Shown piece by piece: positions 19,080 through 28,883 of a stretch of DNA of 64,000 bases; within the stretch, counting starts at the first letter, position 1; the number at the start of each line of letters is the position of its first letter. The notes under the pieces are model-generated. The model worked only from the letters and a program-made list of their open reading frames with translations, did no database searches and was not told the origin of the DNA. Origin of the DNA: Bryobacteraceae bacterium (GTDB taxonomy: Bacteria > Acidobacteriota > Terriglobia > Bryobacterales > Bryobacteraceae); assembly GCA_049698695.1 (NCBI GenBank), contig JBAVYH010000216.1:6992-70991 (forward strand), read 5' to 3'. Made by a program: the position numbers and the translations under genes.

Positions 19080-19904
19080 TTATTCCCGCTGCTTGCAGAA
19101 CTTCGAAATGTAATCGTCGGTCGTGGACTCCAGCCGGTCCTGGTCGCCTTCGAAGATCAAACGGCCCTCGCGCAGCACCATGAACGTGGTGCGCGGGAGT
19201 GGGCCATCCCAGTGCCGGGCCGGCTCCAGACGCCCTTGTTTCGAATTGTAGCGGAAGTTGGCCATCAGATTTCCGTCCTGGTAGCGATAGGTCACCAGCA
19301 TCGTGGTCGTTTGTGCCATGTCGCGCTCCTTAATGAGCAGGGCCATGATGGTGTGCGCCGTGATCGGGTCCAGGCCGGCGCTCGGCGAATCGTAGAGCAC
19401 CAGCGGCGGCGCGGTCACCACCGCGCGGGCGATGGCGGCGCGGCGCCGCATGCCGCCCGAAAGCTCGCTGGGAAACTTATCCAGCGTACCGCCCAGCTCG
19501 ACGAAGTCCAGCGCCCGCTCCACCCGCTCGTGCACCTCGCTCTTCGGACAGCGAATCGATTTCTGATTGAGCAGCGGGTAGGCGACGTTCTCCTCGATGT
19601 TGAGCGAATCGAACAAGGCGCTTTCCTGGAACAGCATGCCGATCCGGCTGCGGATATCGAAGAGTTGCGTCTCCCGCATCCTGCTCAGATCCTGTTCGAA
19701 GACCAGCACGCGGCCGGAATCGGGCCGTATCAGGCCGAGCGCGGTCTTCAAGAGCACGGTCTTGCCGCTGCCGGCCGCACCCAGGATCACCCGGGATTCA
19801 CCCTCGAAGGCCTCGAAGGAAACATCGCTCAGCACCGCTTCGCCGTCATACGAAACGGTGACGTTTTCAAACCGCAGGACGCTGGGGGCGGCGGTTTCCG
19901 GCAT
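19080..19904 (-). CDS. mlaF: ABC transporter ATP-binding protein MlaF
   Basis: Walker A GAAGSGKT, signature LSGGMRRR and Walker B VLYDSP. ATG 19904 overlaps the mlaE stop (ATGA). The longer track ORF extension is Arg/His-rich and implausible. Confidence 0.85.
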   Translation of the reverse strand: MPETAAPSVLRFENVTVSYDGEAVLSDVSFEAFEGESRVILGAAGSGKTVLLKTALGLIRPDSGRVLVFEQDLSRMRETQLFDIRSRIGMLFQESALFDSLNIEENVAYPLLNQKSIRCPKSEVHERVERALDFVELGGTLDKFPSELSGGMRRRAAIARAVVTAPPLVLYDSPSAGLDPITAHTIMALLIKERDMAQTTTMLVTYRYQDGNLMANFRYNSKQGRLEPARHWDGPLPRTTFMVLREGRLIFEGDQDRLESTTDDYISKFCKQRE

Positions 19905-20716
19905 CAGCTTACCCCCTGGCTGACGAAGAATTCCGTGATCATCACGTCGGTGATGAAAATCATGATGGTGGCCGCCACCATCGCCTGCGTGGTGGAGCGC
20001 CCCACGCCCTGCGTACCGCCGGTGGTGCGCAAACCGTAGAAGCAGCCGATCAGCGAAACCACCACCGCGAAGACCAGCGGCTTGATCAGCCCCTGCGCCA
20101 CGTCGTTCCATTCCAGCGCCTGCCAGGCGGAATTCCAATACAGACGGGAGGAGATGTTCAATTTCACCACCGAGATCACCCAGCCGCCGAACAGACCCAC
20201 GAAATCCGCAATCACGGTGAGCAGCGGCAGCATGAAGCAGGTCGCCTCCAGTCGCGGCGTCACCAGCTTCTGTATCGGGTCGGTTCCCAGCGCGCGCATG
20301 GCGTCGATTTGCTCGGTCACCTTCATCGACCCCAGCTCGCTGGCGATGCCGGAGGAGTTGCGTCCCGCCATCATGATGGCCGTCAGCACCGGGCCCAGCT
20401 CGCGCGCCAGCGTAATCGCCACCAGGGTGCCGGTTTTTTCGACTTCCCCGTATTGCGCCAGTGCGCGCGACATCTGCAGCGCCATCACGATGCCGGAAAA
20501 CAGACCCACCAGCGCCACCACCACCAGGCTGCCCACACCGATAGTGTCCATCTGCAGGATGACGTCGTCGGCGTAATGCGGTTTGCGGAAGATGTTCCGG
20601 AAGGCCTTGCCGGCGAGCACGACGAATTCCTGAACCGCGAGAACAGGCTCCTTCAGCAGATCCAGCAAGCAGGTCGTTCTCCGAACTCCGATGCTACCAT
20701 ACAAGCGTGGCGCCAC
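19904..20716 (-). CDS. mlaE: ABC transporter permease MlaE
   Basis: Typical MlaE pattern (ARELGPVLTAIMMAGR, EQIDAMRALG) and multi-TM layout. Confidence 0.85.
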   Translation of the reverse strand: MAPRLYGSIGVRRTTCLLDLLKEPVLAVQEFVVLAGKAFRNIFRKPHYADDVILQMDTIGVGSLVVVALVGLFSGIVMALQMSRALAQYGEVEKTGTLVAITLARELGPVLTAIMMAGRNSSGIASELGSMKVTEQIDAMRALGTDPIQKLVTPRLEATCFMLPLLTVIADFVGLFGGWVISVVKLNISSRLYWNSAWQALEWNDVAQGLIKPLVFAVVVSLIGCFYGLRTTGGTQGVGRSTTQAMVAATIMIFITDVMITEFFVSQGVS

Positions 20717-20757
20717 CGCATTCGTAGCGGCGGGCGCCCGTCCCGCGGCCTGTAACC

Positions 20758-21717
20758 GTGAAAGGTCTCACCGATATCCCCGGCATCCGCGTCGGCCACG
20801 TCTCCGATTACGAGGCGCTCACCGGCTGCACGGCGATTCTCTGCGAGCGGGGCGCCGTGGGCGGGGTAGATATTCGCGGATCGGCCAGCGGAACCGAGGA
20901 GACCCCCGCGCTCGATCCGGGCCATCTGGACGACTCGGTCCACGCCATCATGCTCGCCGGCGGCAGCGCCTTCGGATTGGAGGCGGCGTCCGGCGTGCGG
21001 CGCTACCTGGCGCGGCGCGGCATCGGGGTCTTCTTCGGCGGCCAACACATTCCCATCGTGGCGGGGGCCATCCTTTTCGATCTGGGCATCGGCAAGTCGA
21101 ACGTTCACCCCGATCTGGCAATGGGCGAAGCTGCCGCTGCGGCTGCAACCGATAGCCCAGTGGCCGAGGGCGCGGTGGGCGCCGGCACGGGCGCCACCGT
21201 GGGCAAGATCCTGGGCATGAAGCATGCCATGAAATCGGGAATCGGCTCGGCTACGGTGGCGCTTGATGGCGGTGTGCTGGTGAGCAGCCTGGTGGCCGTG
21301 AACGCGATGGGCGACGTGCGCGACCCCGCCAGCGGCAGAATCATCGCCGGTGCGCGCCGGGCGCCGGAAGCCCGAGAGTTCCTCGATACCGCCGCGTACA
21401 TGAAACGCCACAGCGCGCTGCCGGGTGCGCCCGCGGCGCCTAAGAATACCACCCTTGCGGTGGTCGCCACCAATGCCCGTCTGACCAAGCTACAGGCTCG
21501 GAAACTGGCCGAATTAGGCGGCCTCGGCATGGCACGCGCCATTTGTCCAGTGAACACAATGGTGGATGGCGACATTGTCTTCGCGCTGTCGCTGGGCTCG
21601 CTCGCCGCCGGCATCGACTCGCTTGGCGTGGCGGCGGCCGAAGCGGTGGCGCAGGCCATTCTCCGCGCCGTCCAATCCGCCCGCAGCATGGGCGGGCTGC
21701 CGGGCCTGGCAGGGTAG
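20758..21717 (+). CDS. P1/S58 family peptidase (DmpA-like aminopeptidase)
   Basis: LTDIPGIRVGH, GCTAIL, the GGSAFGL autoprocessing region and NTTLAVVATNA. GTG start. Confidence 0.8.
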   Translation: MKGLTDIPGIRVGHVSDYEALTGCTAILCERGAVGGVDIRGSASGTEETPALDPGHLDDSVHAIMLAGGSAFGLEAASGVRRYLARRGIGVFFGGQHIPIVAGAILFDLGIGKSNVHPDLAMGEAAAAAATDSPVAEGAVGAGTGATVGKILGMKHAMKSGIGSATVALDGGVLVSSLVAVNAMGDVRDPASGRIIAGARRAPEAREFLDTAAYMKRHSALPGAPAAPKNTTLAVVATNARLTKLQARKLAELGGLGMARAICPVNTMVDGDIVFALSLGSLAAGIDSLGVAAAEAVAQAILRAVQSARSMGGLPGLAG

Positions 21718-21826
21718 CGCCGCTTCCAAACCTTTTCGCGTCCCACCGCGTCTCCAAAGAGTGGCACCGCTCACCAAGGTCGTCCGTGTGCCGAATGATA
21801 TACTGAAAACACACACACAATCTATT

Positions 21827-22768
21827 ATGAAAAGCCCCTGTTTTCTTCTATTGGTCTGCCTCGGCGCGGCCAGCGCCCAGACTCCGGCGCCGCCGTTAGC
21901 GAGTCCGCATTCTCCCGCCGCCGCGCATCCCAAGGCCGCTCCCACTCTCCCCGATCTGCCTGACCCGACGGTCATCGCCGAGTTTCAGGACGGCACCAAA
22001 TTCACCATGGGTGACTTAAAGAAGCTCTATCCGGTGCTGCCGGTTCCTCTCCAAAATGCCGTGAAGCAAGATCCGGTCGAGTTTTTCCACGAGTACGCCA
22101 CCATGCTGAAGTACGATCAAATCGCCCGCGAAAAGAAACTCGACGAGCAGAGCCCGTTCAAAGAGGCCCTCTATTTTTCGCGGTTGATCTACATGTACCA
22201 GGCGCAGTTGCAGGACGTGTTCACGACCGCCACCGTGGAGCCGAACGAGATCGTCAACTATTACGGCCAGCACAAAGACGACTTCAAGGAGATCAAGGTC
22301 AAGGCCATCTATATCCCCTTCGCCGACGCGTCTTCCGCGGAAGACAAAACGTTGACCGAGGAACAGGCCAAGGCCAAAGCCGACAAGTTGGTCGCCGACA
22401 TTAAAGGCGGCGCCGATTTCGTGAAGCTGGTCAGGGAAAACTCCCAGGACCCCGACTCCAAGGCCAAAGACGGGGACTTCGGAACCTTCGGCGCCACCGA
22501 TTCCGTGCCGGATGCCATCCGGCAAGCGGTGTTCCCGCTCCGGATGGGTGAGATCACCGAGCCGGTGCGGCAGCCTCATGGCTTCTACATTTTCAAGGCG
22601 GAGATCGTCACCATTCGCCCGCTCTCCCAGGTGCGCGACCAGATTTTCAACGAGCTCAAACAGCAGCACGCCAAGGATTGGATTGAGCGCACCAACGCCG
22701 AAATTAAGGTGGATTTTCCCAACCCCGCCTTTCCGCCGAAGGGCGCGCCCAGCACGCCTGTAAAGTAA
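21827..22768 (+). CDS. Secreted parvulin-type peptidyl-prolyl isomerase (SurA/PrsA-like)
   Basis: Signal peptide MKSPCFLLLVCLGAASAQ. Parvulin block DGDFGTF...GEITEPVRQPHGFYIFK. The track ORF start at 21566 is an implausible extension. Confidence 0.8.
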   Translation: MKSPCFLLLVCLGAASAQTPAPPLASPHSPAAAHPKAAPTLPDLPDPTVIAEFQDGTKFTMGDLKKLYPVLPVPLQNAVKQDPVEFFHEYATMLKYDQIAREKKLDEQSPFKEALYFSRLIYMYQAQLQDVFTTATVEPNEIVNYYGQHKDDFKEIKVKAIYIPFADASSAEDKTLTEEQAKAKADKLVADIKGGADFVKLVRENSQDPDSKAKDGDFGTFGATDSVPDAIRQAVFPLRMGEITEPVRQPHGFYIFKAEIVTIRPLSQVRDQIFNELKQQHAKDWIERTNAEIKVDFPNPAFPPKGAPSTPVK

Positions 22769-22790
22769 GCGCATCGGAACCACGACCGTT

Positions 22791-22933
22791 GTAGGGGCGA
22801 GGCATGCCTCGGCCAGCGTCGGCAATCTGCCGGCCTGGCTCGCAAAGAACCGGCGGCAAAAGACCGCCGGCGCTACCGAAGAACGCGCCGCCGTAGCCGC
22901 CGCACCGCCGGTTTTTTGCCGCCGGTTCCTTTG
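22791..22933. repeat. Dispersed palindromic repeat, copy B (full, two inverted arms)
   Basis: The left part aligns with copy A. Arms AAGAACCGGCGGCAAAAGACCGCCGGCGCTAC and GTAGCCGCCGCACCGCCGGTTTTTTGCCGCCGGTTCCTT are inverted copies of each other. Contains the CGAGGCATGCCTCG palindrome. Confidence 0.7.
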
Positions 22934-23007
22934 ACTTCACCCGCACCAGCGGCAAGACCGCCCCCGGGACAAATCGCTACCGGCACCTGCGCTAGCATGG
23001 GAGTCTC

Positions 23008-24039
23008 ATGCCAACCGTTGCCGCTCCCGTGCTCAGGAATTTCACTGAGTCTATCCTGGTGACCGCCGGCGTGCCGCCGCATAAGTCCGCCATCGTCGCC
23101 GCTTCGTTAGTTGCCTCCAACCTGCGCGGGGTCGATTCGCACGGTATCCAGTTGTTGACGTTCTACGTCGATCAACTGCTGGCCGGCGAAATGGACCCTC
23201 ACGCCGACGGTCGCGTGGTCTCCGAAAGCGGTTCCTGCTTGTTGTTCGACGGGCAGAACGGCATCGGGCAATGGATCGCGGAAACCTGCTGCGGGCACGC
23301 CGTCCGCATCGCCCGCCAGAACGGCGTGGCGCTGGTGACCGCGCGCGAATCCAATCATTTCGGAGCTTGCGCCTGGTGGGCGCAGAAGATGCGCGAGGCC
23401 GGACAAATCGGCATCGTGATGTGCAACGCCTCGCCCATTGTGCCGCCCTGGCAAGCCAAGGAAGGCCGCTTCGGCACCAACCCCATTTGCATGGCCGTGC
23501 CCGGGCCATGGCTGCTGGATATGGCCACTACCACGGTGGCGGCAGGCAAGATCTTCAAGGCCTTCATCAACCATCAACCGCAGATTCCGGCCGGCTGGGC
23601 GTTCGATTCCGAAGGCGTGCCCACCACCAGAACCGAGGAAGCCTATCACGGCATGCTGATGCCGCTCGGCGGTTACAAGGGCAGCGGGCTGGGGTTCCTG
23701 GTGGAGATTCTCTGCGCCGTGCTTTCGGGCGGCGCCATGTCCAACGAGGTGGGCGGCATCCGCTTCCGCGGGAAACTGGTGCGCACCAGCCAGATGTTCC
23801 TGGCCATCGACGTCGCCCGTTTCATGCCGCTCGAAGAATTCACCGCGCGCATGGAGCGCCTGGTTGCGCTGGTGAAGAGCGCCCCGCCCGCTCCCGGCTA
23901 CGAGGAAGTGCTGGTGGCAGGCGACCCGGAATGGCGCACCGAGGCCGAACGCCTCCGCAACGGAATTCCCATCTCCGCCGGCAATTGGGAAACGTTGCTC
24001 AACACTGCCGCTCGGGTAAGGGTTTCCCCGCCCGAGTAA
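23008..24039 (+). CDS. Ldh_2 family (malate/L-lactate dehydrogenase type 2) oxidoreductase
   Basis: RGVDSHGI, NHFGA, GTNP and GYKGSGLG motifs in the order typical of this family. Confidence 0.8.
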   Translation: MPTVAAPVLRNFTESILVTAGVPPHKSAIVAASLVASNLRGVDSHGIQLLTFYVDQLLAGEMDPHADGRVVSESGSCLLFDGQNGIGQWIAETCCGHAVRIARQNGVALVTARESNHFGACAWWAQKMREAGQIGIVMCNASPIVPPWQAKEGRFGTNPICMAVPGPWLLDMATTTVAAGKIFKAFINHQPQIPAGWAFDSEGVPTTRTEEAYHGMLMPLGGYKGSGLGFLVEILCAVLSGGAMSNEVGGIRFRGKLVRTSQMFLAIDVARFMPLEEFTARMERLVALVKSAPPAPGYEEVLVAGDPEWRTEAERLRNGIPISAGNWETLLNTAARVRVSPPE

Positions 24040-24222
24040 GCGTGCGGCACCAAGCCGCGGGCCGGCGGCGGTTCAATACGCGACGGCCGTCTTGCGTCCC
24101 TTGGCCTCGCTGCTGCCGGCGCGACAGCCAGCAACGCCGCCATCAGAATCCGGATCACTCTTCTCAGACTTCATCAAAAATATCACTTTCGCGCGGGCGT
24201 TCCAATCCTGTTCGGGCAGGAC

Positions 24223-24858
24223 TCACTTTGCGTCCGTTACGCCGGTCGCGGACCGCTGCCGCCATACCAGAAAGAAGACGGCGACGGCGATAAACGGCAG
24301 CGCCGGCGCTCCGCCGCGCCAAAGCCCGTAGGCAAGAGCGCTCAAGAGGCCGAAGACGATCGTCCCCATCACCGCGGCCGGCCGCAGCCCGAGCCGGAGC
24401 AGCGCCGCGGCGGCAACGCCGCCGACGAGCAGGTCGCCAATTCCCACAATCGGAATGGTGTGGCCGCGAACCGGCACGTCCAGGCTGAGGTACAGCAGCA
24501 AGCTACCCGAACCGGCACGGTATCGCTCGACAAGTATGTGAGTGAAGCCGCCGGAGAACGATAGAAGGTCGACAACCGCCGCCACGGCGAGAAACACGGC
24601 CACCGCCGGCGGCGCCTGGAGTCCGCTTTCGATCAGGAGCACGCCGCCGGTGGCTCCCGCCAGAACCGCTAGGTCAATCACCGGCCACGGCGATGGACGG
24701 AGAGCGAGCGCAGCGCCATAAGCGAGAAGGAGGGCGCCCGCCAGAAGCCTTCTCCGCGAAACGGAGACCGCGCCGGCGAGGCGCGAAGCGCACACCACCG
24801 CAGCCAGGCCGCCCACGGTCACCGCCGCGGCCAGGGCTGAAAAGAGGGAACGAGACAT
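24223..24858 (-). CDS. Small 7-TM membrane protein with GxGD and PAL motifs (possible intramembrane aspartyl protease)
   Basis: About 7 predicted TM helices. There is an Asp in TM4 (AVVDLLSF), GIGD at the start of TM5 and PAL in the last TM (GGAPALPF). Confidence 0.6.
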   Translation of the reverse strand: MSRSLFSALAAAVTVGGLAAVVCASRLAGAVSVSRRRLLAGALLLAYGAALALRPSPWPVIDLAVLAGATGGVLLIESGLQAPPAVAVFLAVAAVVDLLSFSGGFTHILVERYRAGSGSLLLYLSLDVPVRGHTIPIVGIGDLLVGGVAAAALLRLGLRPAAVMGTIVFGLLSALAYGLWRGGAPALPFIAVAVFFLVWRQRSATGVTDAK

Positions 24859-24992
24859 GCGCCTCCATCAGTGCGGAATCCTACGTCCGAATTGTAACTG
24901 GCCGGAGCGCGGCCGGCGCGGTGCGGTACGTGCCTTCCCTTCGCGGCTTCCTTTGAAGTACCCGGCCGCCGCCAGCAGATGCGAGGCAGTGT

Positions 24993-26000
24993 TTAGGAAC
25001 CGCCGGCCTCAGTGCCCGTGGGCTCCTGCTGCGTCAGGCAGTGCAGCGTGCCCAGGCCCCAGATCAGGTCGGTCGAGTTGATGCCGGCCACCTCGCGGTC
25101 CGGGAATGCGCGCGCCAGCGCTGCCAGCGCCACCCGGTCGGCGGGATCGTTGAAGGTCGGCGCCAGCACCAGGCGGTTGGCAATATAGAAATTGGCGTAG
25201 CTGGCGGGAAGCCGCCGTCCGGCAAACATCAGCGGCCGCGGCATGGGCAGTTTCACCACGCGCAAGCCGGCAGCGCGCAGAATGCGTAAATTTTCGCGCA
25301 GCGGCAAGTAGTTCGCGTCGGAGCGATCGGCTTCGCTCGCCGCCGCCACCGTGTCGCGCGCCACGAAACGCGCGATGTCGTCAACATGGCCGTGGGTATC
25401 GTCTCCGGCGATGCCGTTGTGCAGCCAGATCACACGTGTTACGCCCAGGTGCGCGCGCAGCATCTGTTCTACCTGCGCGCGGCTCATGCCCGGGTTTCGC
25501 GCCTGCATCGGGCTCAACAGGCATTCCTCGGTGGTCAGCAGCAAACCGGCGCCGTTGACGTCGATGCTGCCGCCTTCCAGCACCATGTCCGGCGTGAATA
25601 CCGGCAGCTTGAGGCGCCGCGCCATCCAGGCTGGCACAGCCGCATCCAGCTTCCAATCGTCGTATTTGGCCCAGGCGTTGAATCGCCACGTCGTGAGCGC
25701 CAGGGCGCCTCGCCGGTCCTTAACGAACAGCGGGCCGTAATCGCGCGTCCACGAGCGGTTGGTCGGGCAGACGAAAAACTCCACCGCCCCCGCATTCGCT
25801 CCAACTTTCGCCAGCACGCGACGCGCCTGCCGTTCCAGCGCGCGGTCGCGCACCAGAATGCGAACCCGCTCCACCTGGCTCAGCTTGCGCACGATCTCGC
25901 CGTACACCCACGGAATCGGCGCGAAACGGCCGGGCCAGTCTGAGCGGTTGTGCGGCCACGCGACCCAGGTGGCTTTGTGCGGCTCCCATTCCGCCGGCAT
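24993..26000 (-). CDS. aguA: Agmatine deiminase
   Basis: MPAEWEPHKATWVAWPH N-terminus and C-terminal catalytic GTLHCLTQQEP. The track start at 26126 is an extension. Confidence 0.85.
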   Translation of the reverse strand: MPAEWEPHKATWVAWPHNRSDWPGRFAPIPWVYGEIVRKLSQVERVRILVRDRALERQARRVLAKVGANAGAVEFFVCPTNRSWTRDYGPLFVKDRRGALALTTWRFNAWAKYDDWKLDAAVPAWMARRLKLPVFTPDMVLEGGSIDVNGAGLLLTTEECLLSPMQARNPGMSRAQVEQMLRAHLGVTRVIWLHNGIAGDDTHGHVDDIARFVARDTVAAASEADRSDANYLPLRENLRILRAAGLRVVKLPMPRPLMFAGRRLPASYANFYIANRLVLAPTFNDPADRVALAALARAFPDREVAGINSTDLIWGLGTLHCLTQQEPTGTEAGGS

Positions 26001-26023
26001 GCGAAAGGCGCGCTCTCTCCGGC

Positions 26024-26947
26024 TCAATCGATCACCCGGTTGAGGATGGGCTGGTAGGCGTCGATGCGACGGTCGCGCAGGAACGGCCAGTTGCGCCTTA
26101 CTTCCTCGATGCGCCTTGGATCGCATTCTACGATCGTCGTCTCCTCTTTTTCGTGGCCGGCCTCGGCCAGCATCTGGCCAAACGGATCGGCCACGAATGA
26201 GGCGCCCCAGAATTCCAGGCCCCGCTCCGGCGGTCCTTCATATCCCACGCGGTTCACCGCGGCCACGTATAGCCCGTTGGCGATGGCGTGCCCGCGCTGG
26301 ATGGTGCGCCATGCGTCGTGTTGCGCGGCGCCGAATTCCCGCTTCTCCGCCGGATGCCAGCCAATCGCCGTGGGATAAAACAGCACCTGCGCGCCGCCCA
26401 ACGCAGCCAGCCGCGCCGCCTCCGGATACCACTGGTCCCAGCACACCAGCGGCGCAATCCGCGCGTAGCGCGTCTCGAAACAACGGAAACCCAGATCGCC
26501 GGGCGCGAAGTAATACTTCTCGAAATACAACGGATCGTCCGGGATGTGCATCTTGCGGTACATCCCGAGCAGCAATCCATCCGCATCGAACACCAGCGCC
26601 GTGTTGTGATACAGGCCCGCCGCGCGGCGCTCGAAGATGGAGCCGATGATTACCACCGCCAGCTCGCGCGCCAGCCGCGAAAGGCTTTCCACCGTCGGCC
26701 CGGGCACCGGTTCCGCCAAGTCGAAGAAGCGGCTGTCTTCCTCGCGGCAGAAGTATTGCGAGCGGAACAACTCGGGCAGGCAGATGATCTGCGCCCCGCG
26801 GCCGGCCGCCTCGCGGATGCGCCATTCCGCCTTGGCCAGATTCTCGTTCGGATCCACCGAGCACGCCATCTGGATGAGCCCGATCCGGAACTTGGAGTGC
26901 TGCACCTCACCATTGTAGCGGGGCTTGGCCGGGCAGACTTGCTCCAT
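26024..26947 (-). CDS. aguB: N-carbamoylputrescine amidase (nitrilase superfamily)
   Basis: CN-hydrolase Glu (CLPELF), Lys (YRKMHIP) and Cys (VCWDQWYPE) motifs. Adjacent to aguA. Start chosen at Met-95 of the track ORF. Confidence 0.8.
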   Translation of the reverse strand: MEQVCPAKPRYNGEVQHSKFRIGLIQMACSVDPNENLAKAEWRIREAAGRGAQIICLPELFRSQYFCREEDSRFFDLAEPVPGPTVESLSRLARELAVVIIGSIFERRAAGLYHNTALVFDADGLLLGMYRKMHIPDDPLYFEKYYFAPGDLGFRCFETRYARIAPLVCWDQWYPEAARLAALGGAQVLFYPTAIGWHPAEKREFGAAQHDAWRTIQRGHAIANGLYVAAVNRVGYEGPPERGLEFWGASFVADPFGQMLAEAGHEKEETTIVECDPRRIEEVRRNWPFLRDRRIDAYQPILNRVID

Positions 26948-27073
26948 TGGCCTGGTGTCGCCAAGACCGGTTGCCGTCCGAAATCGTACCCGGCCATTGA
27001 GTCCCCAGGGAACCTGCGAGCATCCAAGCACCGTCAACATCAACGCGCGCGCAAACGCGCAAAGGAGAACCTC

Positions 27074-27937
27074 ATGCCACACGTTACTGTAGGGAAGGAA
27101 AACTCCGGCAACATTGACCTCTACTATGAGGACCACGGCTCCGGTGCGCCGGTTGTCCTGATCCATGGATATCCGCTGAGCGGCGCTTCCTGGGAAAAGC
27201 AGACCGCAGCGCTTTTGGCAGCGGGTCACCGCGTGATCACCTATGACCGCAGAGGATTCGGCAAGTCCAGCCAGCCAACCAGCGGCTACAACTATGACAC
27301 CTTCGCCGAAGACCTGCGCCAGCTCTTGACGCGGCTCGAGCTACGCGATTTCGCGCTGGTCGGTTTCTCCATGGGAGGCGGCGAAGTGGCGCGTTACGTA
27401 GGCAAATACGGATCGAACGGCGTGAGCAAGGCCATATTCATCTCATCGGTGCCGCCCTTTCTGCTGAAAACGCCGGACAACCCGGAGGGCGTGGACGGCG
27501 CTGTTTTCGAGGGGATCGAGAAGGCTGTCGCCGCGGACCGCTACGCGTTCTTCACCGAGTTCTTCAAGAATTTCTACAACACGGATCTCCTGCTGGGGAA
27601 GCGTGTCAGCGAACAGGCTGTCCAGGCGAGCTGGAACGTCGCAGCCAGCGCCTCCGCCACGGCCAGCCTCGCGTGCGTGCCGACATGGCACGAGGACTTC
27701 CGCAGGGATCTGACCCGCGTCGACGTGCCCACCCTGGTCATTCACGGCGATGCGGACCGAATTGTGCCGATCGGCGCCGCCGGTCTCCGCACCGCCAAAC
27801 TAATCAAGGGTGCCCGCTTGGTGGTGATCAAGGAGGGGCCGCACTGCATCACCTGGACCCACACAGAGGAAGTGAACCGCGAACTGGTGAATTTCCTTGG
27901 GAAAGAAATCGGCAAGAGAGCCGGTTCGGCGGCGTAG
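27074..27937 (+). CDS. Alpha/beta hydrolase (non-haem haloperoxidase/arylesterase type)
   Basis: LYYEDHGSGAPVVLIHGYPLSGASWEKQ, nucleophile elbow GFSMGG and C-terminal GPHCITWTH. RBS AAAGGAGAA precedes ATG 27074. The upstream 262 codons of the track ORF are antisense to aguB. Confidence 0.85.
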   Translation: MPHVTVGKENSGNIDLYYEDHGSGAPVVLIHGYPLSGASWEKQTAALLAAGHRVITYDRRGFGKSSQPTSGYNYDTFAEDLRQLLTRLELRDFALVGFSMGGGEVARYVGKYGSNGVSKAIFISSVPPFLLKTPDNPEGVDGAVFEGIEKAVAADRYAFFTEFFKNFYNTDLLLGKRVSEQAVQASWNVAASASATASLACVPTWHEDFRRDLTRVDVPTLVIHGDADRIVPIGAAGLRTAKLIKGARLVVIKEGPHCITWTHTEEVNRELVNFLGKEIGKRAGSAA

Positions 27938-28076
27938 AGAACAAAGCAATTGCCAACGAAGCATGGTCCGAAGTGTGTCGCGTGGTAGCATCAGGCCGAA
28001 TGCGCGCCGCGCCCAAAGTTGAATTCGGCAATCCGGTGCTCCGCGAATGCGCGCCCACTCGCGCTAGCATCATTTT

Positions 28077-28769
28077 GTGAGCTATCGCGCGCTGGTCTTG
28101 TTCGATATCGACGGCACCCTGATGCGGCGCGCCGGGCCGCACCATCGGCAGGCGCTGGTCCACGGCATCCGCAAGGTCACCGGCCTCGATACCAGTACCA
28201 TCGGCATTCCCGTGCAGGGCATGCTGGACCCGGCCATCGTAATGGAAATGATGCGCCGCGCCGGCGCCAAACGCGCGCTCATCCGCCAGGCCATGCCCGA
28301 AATTCAGCGCGCCGCGGAGCGCTACTACCTGCGCGTGTGCCCGCCGCTCGAAGGCTCGTACTGCCCCGGTGTGCCCGCGCTGCTCGAGCGCCTGGTCCGC
28401 CGCGGCTTTCTGCTGGCGCTGGTCACCGGCAACCTCACCCGCATCGGCTGGCGCAAGCTGGAGCGCGCCGGCTTTGCCCACTATTTCCGCTACGGCGCTT
28501 TCGGCGACATGGCCGCCACCCGAAGCTGCCTGGTGAAATGGGCTATCCGGGAGGCGCGGTTGCGCCACTCGCTCCCTGCGCGCGCGCCTGTCACGCTGGT
28601 GGGCGACGCCACTTCCGATGTGATCGCCGCGCGCGAAAACCGCGTCCGTGTCATCGCCGTCCAGACCGGCATTACTCCCGTGGAGGATCTTCAGGCGCTC
28701 AAGCCGGATTACCTGCTGCGCAATCTGAGGGACTTTCGCCTGCGGATGGTGGAGGACCCGCCCCGCTGA
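28077..28769 (+). CDS. HAD-superfamily hydrolase (phosphoglycolate phosphatase-like)
   Basis: DIDGTL motif I, VTGN motif II and GDATSD motif IV. GTG start. Confidence 0.75.
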   Translation: MSYRALVLFDIDGTLMRRAGPHHRQALVHGIRKVTGLDTSTIGIPVQGMLDPAIVMEMMRRAGAKRALIRQAMPEIQRAAERYYLRVCPPLEGSYCPGVPALLERLVRRGFLLALVTGNLTRIGWRKLERAGFAHYFRYGAFGDMAATRSCLVKWAIREARLRHSLPARAPVTLVGDATSDVIAARENRVRVIAVQTGITPVEDLQALKPDYLLRNLRDFRLRMVEDPPR

Positions 28770-28883
28770 ATCGCCGGAGGCGCGCATCCCCGCTCACGGC
28801 CCCCGTATTTGGCCGCTCTGACCGGCGTTGCTATCCGCGCTGGATCGGCCTGCCTCCGGCCGCGGTTTTCCGGCGCGCTTCGC

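Noticed and set aside
24040-24222. Small ORFs (24092-24331 plus strand, and a ~33-codon minus-strand ORF from 24170) in the intergenic region after the Ldh_2 gene
   Set aside because: No RBS, no conservation cues and low-complexity translations.
26288-27073. N-terminal 262 codons of the 549-aa track ORF preceding the alpha/beta hydrolase
   Set aside because: This part is antisense to the well-supported aguB gene and has off-frame composition. The hydrolase has its own ATG (27074) with a strong RBS.
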